Shown one piece after another: positions 47,598 to 53,301 of a stretch of DNA of 53,301 nt. This DNA comes from Dicyema japonicum (lineage: Eukaryota; Animalia; Dicyemida): contig RDEW01000012.1 in NCBI GenBank assembly GCA_011109175.1, forward strand, positions 773,222-826,522, in the 5' to 3' direction. The number at the start of each line of letters is the position of its first letter. Positions within the stretch are counted from its first letter, which is position 1. The notes under the pieces are model-generated. The model saw only the letters and a list, made by a program, of their open reading frames with translations, made no database searches and was not told the origin of the DNA. The translations under genes were made by a program, and so were the position numbers.

Positions 47598-49090
47598 CAC
47601 TCCTCGACAAAAAAAATGATTCAAATTCAATTTTGCCTTTTTCTTTGAAATTTGATGAATATAATAATTTCGAAAAACTTAGTAGATTAGTTATGATCAA
47701 TATTATTTAATTTTAATAAAATATTAGATAATTACAGACATTTTAAAGAATTAAAAGCATGACATACAATATGTTAGTGACAAAAAAAATGATTCAAAAT
47801 TAAAGCCTTTGTAATTAATATCTTGTATGTCCTCCTTTTGCCATAAAAATTTCCCAACATCGTTTTTTCATGGATAGAATAAGTTTTTCAATATAATGTT
47901 TAGGAATATTTCCCCAAATATGAAGAAGTTCCTGCTTTAATTCGTCAACATTTTTCAAGTCGATTTTACGGAGTTCCGCTTTCATATGAGCCCATAAATG
48001 CTCAATTGGATTTAGATCAGGTGACTGGGATGGCCAGTCTAGTGTTTTTATATTTTCTTTATCAAAATAATTCATGATTAACTTCGCTGTATGACACGGT
48101 GCATTATCCTGTTGAAAAACGAAGTCATCAAGTCCCATTTTTGCAACTGATCTCGGTAGCCTGTTGACTAAAAGGTTTAAATATTTCGCAGAATTCAATG
48201 TTCCGTCAACAAAAACCAATTCTCCAACGCCGTTAAAAGAAAACATCCCCATACCATGATTTTCCCTATTTTTTGTTTAATAAAATTTAAATCCAAATCA
48301 ACCTGTTCCAAAATTCACTGTTGTTAAAATATTTTTGGAATTAAGTTGTTCACTGCTTTTCCTATAAACTATTTTTCGTTAATTGTTTGGAATCACGTGA
48401 AAAATGCATTCATCCGAGAAAATTGTGCTTTTCCATTTTTCATCAGATATGGTAAGAAATCTTTTCGTTATTTCTAATCTTTTTTCAGTGTGTCTTATAT
48501 TCAAAAATGGCTTAATTTTGCGATACGTCCAAATATACCATTTTCGTTAAGATTTTTTATAATTGTTCTTGAGGAAATTGTTTTATTTGTTAGTTTCGTC
48601 ATTTCATTTGAGATCTTTTTCGATGTTTTTGTTGGATTTTCTTCGGAATACTTTATTAATTCTTTCAAATCATTTTCGTGAACTACATATTTCAGCAAGA
48701 CAATGCCCCATGTCATACTTCCAATGCAACAATGGAATATTTTTCTGCAAATAAAATTAATTTACTCGATTGGCCGACACAATCTCCGGACATGAATCCA
48801 ATTGAACACATTTGGGCTAAAATAAAATATGAATTATCGAAGGAAAATATAGAAAATCGACCAAAAAATAGAGAACAACAAAAAAATAAAATACTCGAAA
48901 TTTGGAATCAAATTACAATGGACTATATTAAAAAATTGATAAATTCGATGAAAAATCGTAGTTTAGAATTATTCAAATCAAAAGGAAAACATATCCCGTA
49001 CTAATATTTTATTTTTTTGACTTTTGTCCGGAATTTTTTGTCATAAAAGATTGTTTTCTGCTTTAATCTCAACTTTTTTGTCGAGGGGTG
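47598..49090. mobile_element. Hybrid Tc1 element made of two divergent transposase 3' halves
   Basis: 17-bp TIRs CAC(T/C)CCTCGACAAAAAA, TA on both sides; minus transposase about 48680-47815 (FSDE, QQDNAPCH, SPDLNPIE); plus half 48678-49004 (QQDNAPCH, SPDMNPIE). Confidence 0.9.
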
Positions 49091-49375
49091 TATATGCTTA
49101 ATATGCTTCGAAAAAGTTGATGTCAAAAACTTTATAACATCAAGCGACATTATGAAACTCGTCATTACGAAAAATTCAACAAGTTTTCAGGAGAATCTCG
49201 CTTAAAAGAAATTAAGAACCTCGAACAAAATTACCGAAAGCAAACAACATTTTTTAATAATTGGAGATGTAAAAAAGATGATATCACACGTACAAATTAC
49301 GAAATTTCAAAGATAATTGCGAAACGAATGAAACCATTTTCAGACGGAGAATTTATAAAAGAATGCTTAATGGCA

Positions 49376-49834
49376 CTTATTATTATTATTAAAACACATT
49401 CCGTGGGAACATAATCAAAGTTATAATCCCACACGTGTTACAAGCGAGGCGATCTTCTGAACCATCCTAGTCCAGCCCCCTCTGATGTGGGCGAGAGCCC
49501 GTAGGGAGTCCAGGTCGTCTTCGTTTTGTAATTTCTTACCAACGGAGGTGAGATCCTTTCCCAAAACTCCCGGGAGGGTAGATCTCGGTCGTCCACGATA
49601 TTTTTCACCATACTCCATGAAGTATTCCTGCATTGCGAGATTTGCGGGAGTGGCTGGGCTCAGTCTCAAAATGTGCCCGAATAGTTTCCAGCGGCCTGCC
49701 ACAATTTCTGCAGACAGCGGTGTAGCGTTGTAGTGTTTATAGAGTGACTGATTATTGATTTTGGATGGCCAGTGAAGCCCGTGTAGAAGTCGCAGCTGCT
49801 TGCGGTGGAAGGAGTCTATAGTTTATAGTCTATA
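49376..49834 (-). mobile_element. 5'-truncated RTE-like LINE
   Basis: RWKLFGHILRL...RGRPRSTLP; (TAA)n tail; 11-bp TSD GCTTAATGGCA at 49365-49375 and 49835-49845. Confidence 0.88.
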
Positions 49835-50647
49835 GCTTAATGGCAGTAGCTGAAAATCTATTCCCTACAAAAAAGCATTTTTGAATCTATCTGTTTATCT
49901 CCAAGAACAGTGACAAGAAGAGTAGAAGAAATGTCATTCGATTTAAATCTCTCTTTAAAAAACGTTTTTGGGAATTTCAAATATTTTTCTATCGCATTGG
50001 ATACTAGTACTGACATAATTTTTCTTGAGGAAAAGAATTATGATGCTTCATATTTCCGAAATACCACTAATATTTCCAAATTGGCATTTTTGGTAGACAT
50101 AACTTCACATCTAAATGACTTAAATTTGAAACTGCAGGGAAGTAATCAATTTATACACCAAATGTATGCCGAAATCACTGCTTTCGAAAATAAATTGAAG
50201 TTGTGGGAATTACAGTTACAAAAAGGAAATATGACGCATTTTGTGAATTTTCTTTCTACGAATCCGAACATAGTTATGGAATTGAGATCAGAATTTTCAT
50301 CACGTTTTATGGATTTAAGAGTAAAATGCTTATATATATTTAGGTTCATAAAAATCGTTTCAACATTTTTTCAATCCCATTTGATGTTGAAATTGAGACA
50401 GTACCAGGTTGTTCAGTTGAAATTCAATGCGACACTACACTTAAATCAAAATATTTTTCTGAATTGGATATTTTGAGCTTCTACAAAAATTTTGTATGTG
50501 TCAAAAAATATCCACAATTAACCGACAATGCTAAGAAAATGGCTTGTATATTTGGAAGCACATTTTTATGTGAACAGTTATTCTCCAAAATGAATAATGT
50601 AAAAAATTGTCTGAAAACGAGGATGACCGATTCACATCTTCACGATA

Positions 50648-51838
50648 CAGTCCGACCCCGGTTTGGGGCGCCAAAATTTTCAATTTGCCCCAAAATGCGG
50701 GGGTGCCCCGGAAAGTGAGGGTATTTTAAACATGCTTTTATTTTTACTATTTTATTTCACTTCTACCAAATTGTTTATACCATTTCAGGTTCAAAGTGGG
50801 TCTTACCAAAAGCAAAGTGGTACTTACCAAAAGCAAAGTGGGTCTTACCAAAAGCAAAGTGGTACTTACCAAAAGCAAAGTGGTACTTACCAAAAGCAAA
50901 GTGGTACTTACCAAAAGCAAAGTGGTACTTACCAAAAGCAAAGTGGAACAAAAAATTATTATTGTTTTTTTTAAACAAAGGGTGAAGATTATAGGGTTTT
51001 TCACTAAAGAAGAAATTTCTCTACCACGATTCAAAAGAGAATTTGTTACCCATGACTTTGAATAGGTGTATGATTAAGCAAAAAGTGACTAAGAAACATT
51101 AAAAAGTGTCGAGATCAATTGCAACCGTGACTAACCATAAACCTATATATTTTTATGTCTGCGCAAATATTTCATTTTTCATTCGTATGCCTGCGCAAAT
51201 AAAAAAGTCTGAGGCTGCAATTAAGAAAAATCTTATTATCGAGGTCTATGAGGGAGATGGTGACTGGAAGGAACTTGCAAAATCTCTCGATGTTCCGAAA
51301 ACTACTACTTATCGTTGGTTGAGAAACAAGGACAAACCTGATCAGCGAGGGGGATCAAAAGCAAAAAAATTCCACTTGGACGGTGCCTGTTATTCTTTGA
51401 AAGATATCCGGTATGAACCAGAGAAAGGCAATAGTCAATTAAATAAAGAAAAAAGAAAAAATTTTATTACTTCATTATTGGAATATCAAGTAAATAATTT
51501 ACCCAACCTTTACTCGTGTTGTACTTTTTAGCAATTTCACGTTGGGATAAGAAATTTTCGGTCAAATCTTTAATAATTTTAGATTTTATATCTTTAGTGA
51601 GAGAGTGCATACTCACAAGAAATAAACTAACGTGGTAATAAAAATAATTTGACAAAAATGCTTTAAAATTAAAAAAATTATTTAATTTTTTGCCCCAATT
51701 CGAGGTTTAAAATTTGTTAGGGACTATGAAAATAGCATTTATTACTGGCATGGACCAAAATGCGAGGGTGCCCCAACAACTCCTCACAAAGTGAGGGTGC
51801 CCCAAAAGCGGGGTCTGGCTTGGGGCGGGGTCGGACTG
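50648..51838. mobile_element. IS630/Tc1/pogo-superfamily TIR element, non-autonomous composite
   Basis: 13-bp TIR CAGTCCGACCCCG, TA flanks; plus HTH ORF remnant (DWKELAKSLDVPKTTTYRW...YSLKDIRYEPE); minus psq-type HTH (SQREIAKKYNTSK). Confidence 0.8.
50792..50946. repeat. 21-bp minisatellite, 7 full units plus a partial
   Basis: CAAAGTGG(TA/GT)CTTACCAAAAG. Confidence 0.95.
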
Positions 51839-52204
51839 TATTACGTTTAGCAACTAGTCAGATTAATGAGTAAAATAAATTCACTTCTTTGTAATCATTT
51901 TTAACTAATAAATCTGCAAGCGTTTCCCTGGAACAGTTAGTTCCCGGCAAACAGTTAGTTTGTGCGTCACCGCTTACAAGTGCAAACGATGGCTCTGTCT
52001 CAGCCAAGAGGATTCTCGTATATCCTTATTTTTGCGACCGATAAGGATTTTTCTCGTTTGGCCCGAATCGCATACAAAATAAAATTTTGTCCCGCGAAAA
52101 CAAAAATCCTGCCGACTCCTGCTCTAAAACAATGGAAAAGATTGTCTTTAACAGACTTTCTCATTATGTAGAATCACAAACGCTAAATAATAAAATCCAG
52201 CTGG

Positions 52205-52610
52205 ACATGATCCATTATTGGTCTATAAAAAAATAACACTAAAAGATGCAATTTACTACATTGATTTTGCCTGGAATAAAATTGGCGAAAGCAGGATCCT
52301 GAATTGTTTCAGACATGCAAAATGGATTTCCAATCAAGATGTTCAGCCAATTGTAAATATTAATATCGAATCTTATGATGATATTAAAGAAAAAATGAAG
52401 ATTAATGATCTTTTAACAATAGAGGAATAGGTTGAATTTCAATTTACAGAAAACGATGAATTAATAGAATTTTTCCAAGAAGAAAACAATGAGGATGAGT
52501 TAATTAATTTCGAAAATGCAAAAGAATTTGAAGAACCAAAAGAAATTCAGGCAATAGATGCATTCCAAGGATTGGAAAACATTAGAAAATATTTACAATT
52601 TTTTAAGTAA
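52205..52610 (+). mobile_element. pogo/Tigger-like C-terminal remnant
   Basis: ITLKDAIYYIDFAWNKI...ILNCFRHA followed by an acidic tail. Confidence 0.65.
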
Positions 52611-52919
52611 AAATGTTTCCCGAATCCGCCGATTTTTGCCAGGAACCAAAATCGGCGGATTCGAGAGACATTACTGTATGTCGCTGTGGAGAGTTTAGAG
52701 AAACCCACGCAAGGCTTGGAGATTAAGCGTATCGTTAACATGAGTTAGAATGAATCCTTCTATGATTTTTGGGATAGTAGAGAAGCAAAATAGGCCGAAT
52801 TGAAAAATTGACTTCAACAATTATATTATTTGATAGACAATTTAATAAAGTAATAAGGTTTTTATATCAAATGAAAACGTGGTATTTATTTAAATACATT
52901 TTTTTAATTCAATTACCTT

Positions 52920-53301
52920 ATGTGTAAAGTTGGGAAAAATTTGATTAATTTAAAAGAGACAAAACGTATTAATACTAAACAGGACATTATTAGAATTGTA
53001 AGATATAATGGTTTAGTATATTTTTATTTTATTATAGTCGACGGAAACTATTGTTTATCTGGAGGAGATAAGTCGGTAAAATTGTGGAATCCAAACGATG
53101 AGTATCATGTCAAGTCATACATTGGTCACTCAGCAGATGTCTTGGGGGTGGATAGTTCCTGTGATAATTCTTGTATAACCACATGTTCAGCAGACAGAAG
53201 TGTAATTTTATGGGATGTCATCACCGGAAAAATAATGCAAAAATATCGCGAACATGCAGGTAGGCAATATTAATTTTCATGCGACTTTACATAGGTCCCG
53301 T
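52920..53301 (+). CDS. WDR83: WD-repeat protein 83 (MORG1), 5' part, truncated by window end
   Basis: RIVRYN|VDGNYCLSGGDKSVKLWNP...YIGH...DRSVILWDV...EHA|GPV aligns with human RAVRFNVDGNYCLTCGSDKTLKLWNP...GHAGKV; introns 53011-53037 (27 nt) and 53260-53294 (35 nt). Confidence 0.9.

Larger units (their letters stand above)
47149..52121 (+). mobile_element. hAT transposon (SPIN/GTF2IRD2-like), decayed, hosting three insertions
   Basis: TIRs C(C/A)GG(G/A)GTCGGCA; perfect 8-bp TSD CTCTAAAA at 47141-47148 and 52122-52129; CLIC...RHYETRH, KPFSDGEFIKEC, FLVDITSHLNDLNLKLQG, FGSTFLCEQLFS. Confidence 0.92.
46000..52205 (+). mobile_element. Ingi/Vingi/Jockey-type LINE (APE end to RT start) split by the hAT
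   Basis: IGSDHVP; ASGFDYIP...NYRPISLICAFSK (to 47148) resumes as TMEKIVFNRL (from 52130). Confidence 0.75.

Noticed and set aside
50663-51065. Repeat proteins (QSGTYQK)n on both strands, or a CRISPR array
   Set aside because: By-product of a 21-bp (3n) minisatellite; no unique spacers, no cas genes, eukaryotic context
52547-52919. Head-to-head WDR83OS/Asterix gene as in vertebrates
   Set aside because: No Asterix-like peptide found on the minus strand upstream of WDR83

Overview
AT-rich eukaryotic genomic DNA, most likely from an animal. Most of the window is decayed, often nested transposons: CRE-like and R4-like RLE non-LTR elements, Ingi/Vingi-like and RTE-like APE LINEs, a tRNA-derived SINE, and hAT, Tc1 and pogo DNA transposons. 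I recognise only two host gene types: a minus-strand array of three purine nucleoside phosphorylase (PNP) genes (2358-2509 partial, 10911-11876, 19275-20240) and the 5' part of WDR83/MORG1 (52920 to the window end). Their introns are ultra-short (21-35 nt), yet the PNP introns sit at the human PNP positions. This points to a reduced parasitic animal (dicyemids are the best-known match; myxozoans cannot be excluded). The organism call is inference. Best leads: (1) PNP copy 3 has a natural Asn243->Asp change at the base-specificity residue, known from mammalian PNP mutagenesis to confer adenosine activity. All three copies have Gly at His257, and a 239-bp tract identical between copies 2 and 3 lies away from the specificity exons. 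(2) Two CRE-like retrotransposons carry an N-terminal PHD finger ahead of RT. (3) A CRE-like insertion has twin-priming 5'-inversion geometry and a 15-bp TSD. (4) A hybrid Tc1 is built from two different 3' halves. (5) Two LINEs carry 2A-like peptides. All calls come from manual reading and translation, with no database searches. TE boundaries without a TSD or TIR are approximate.
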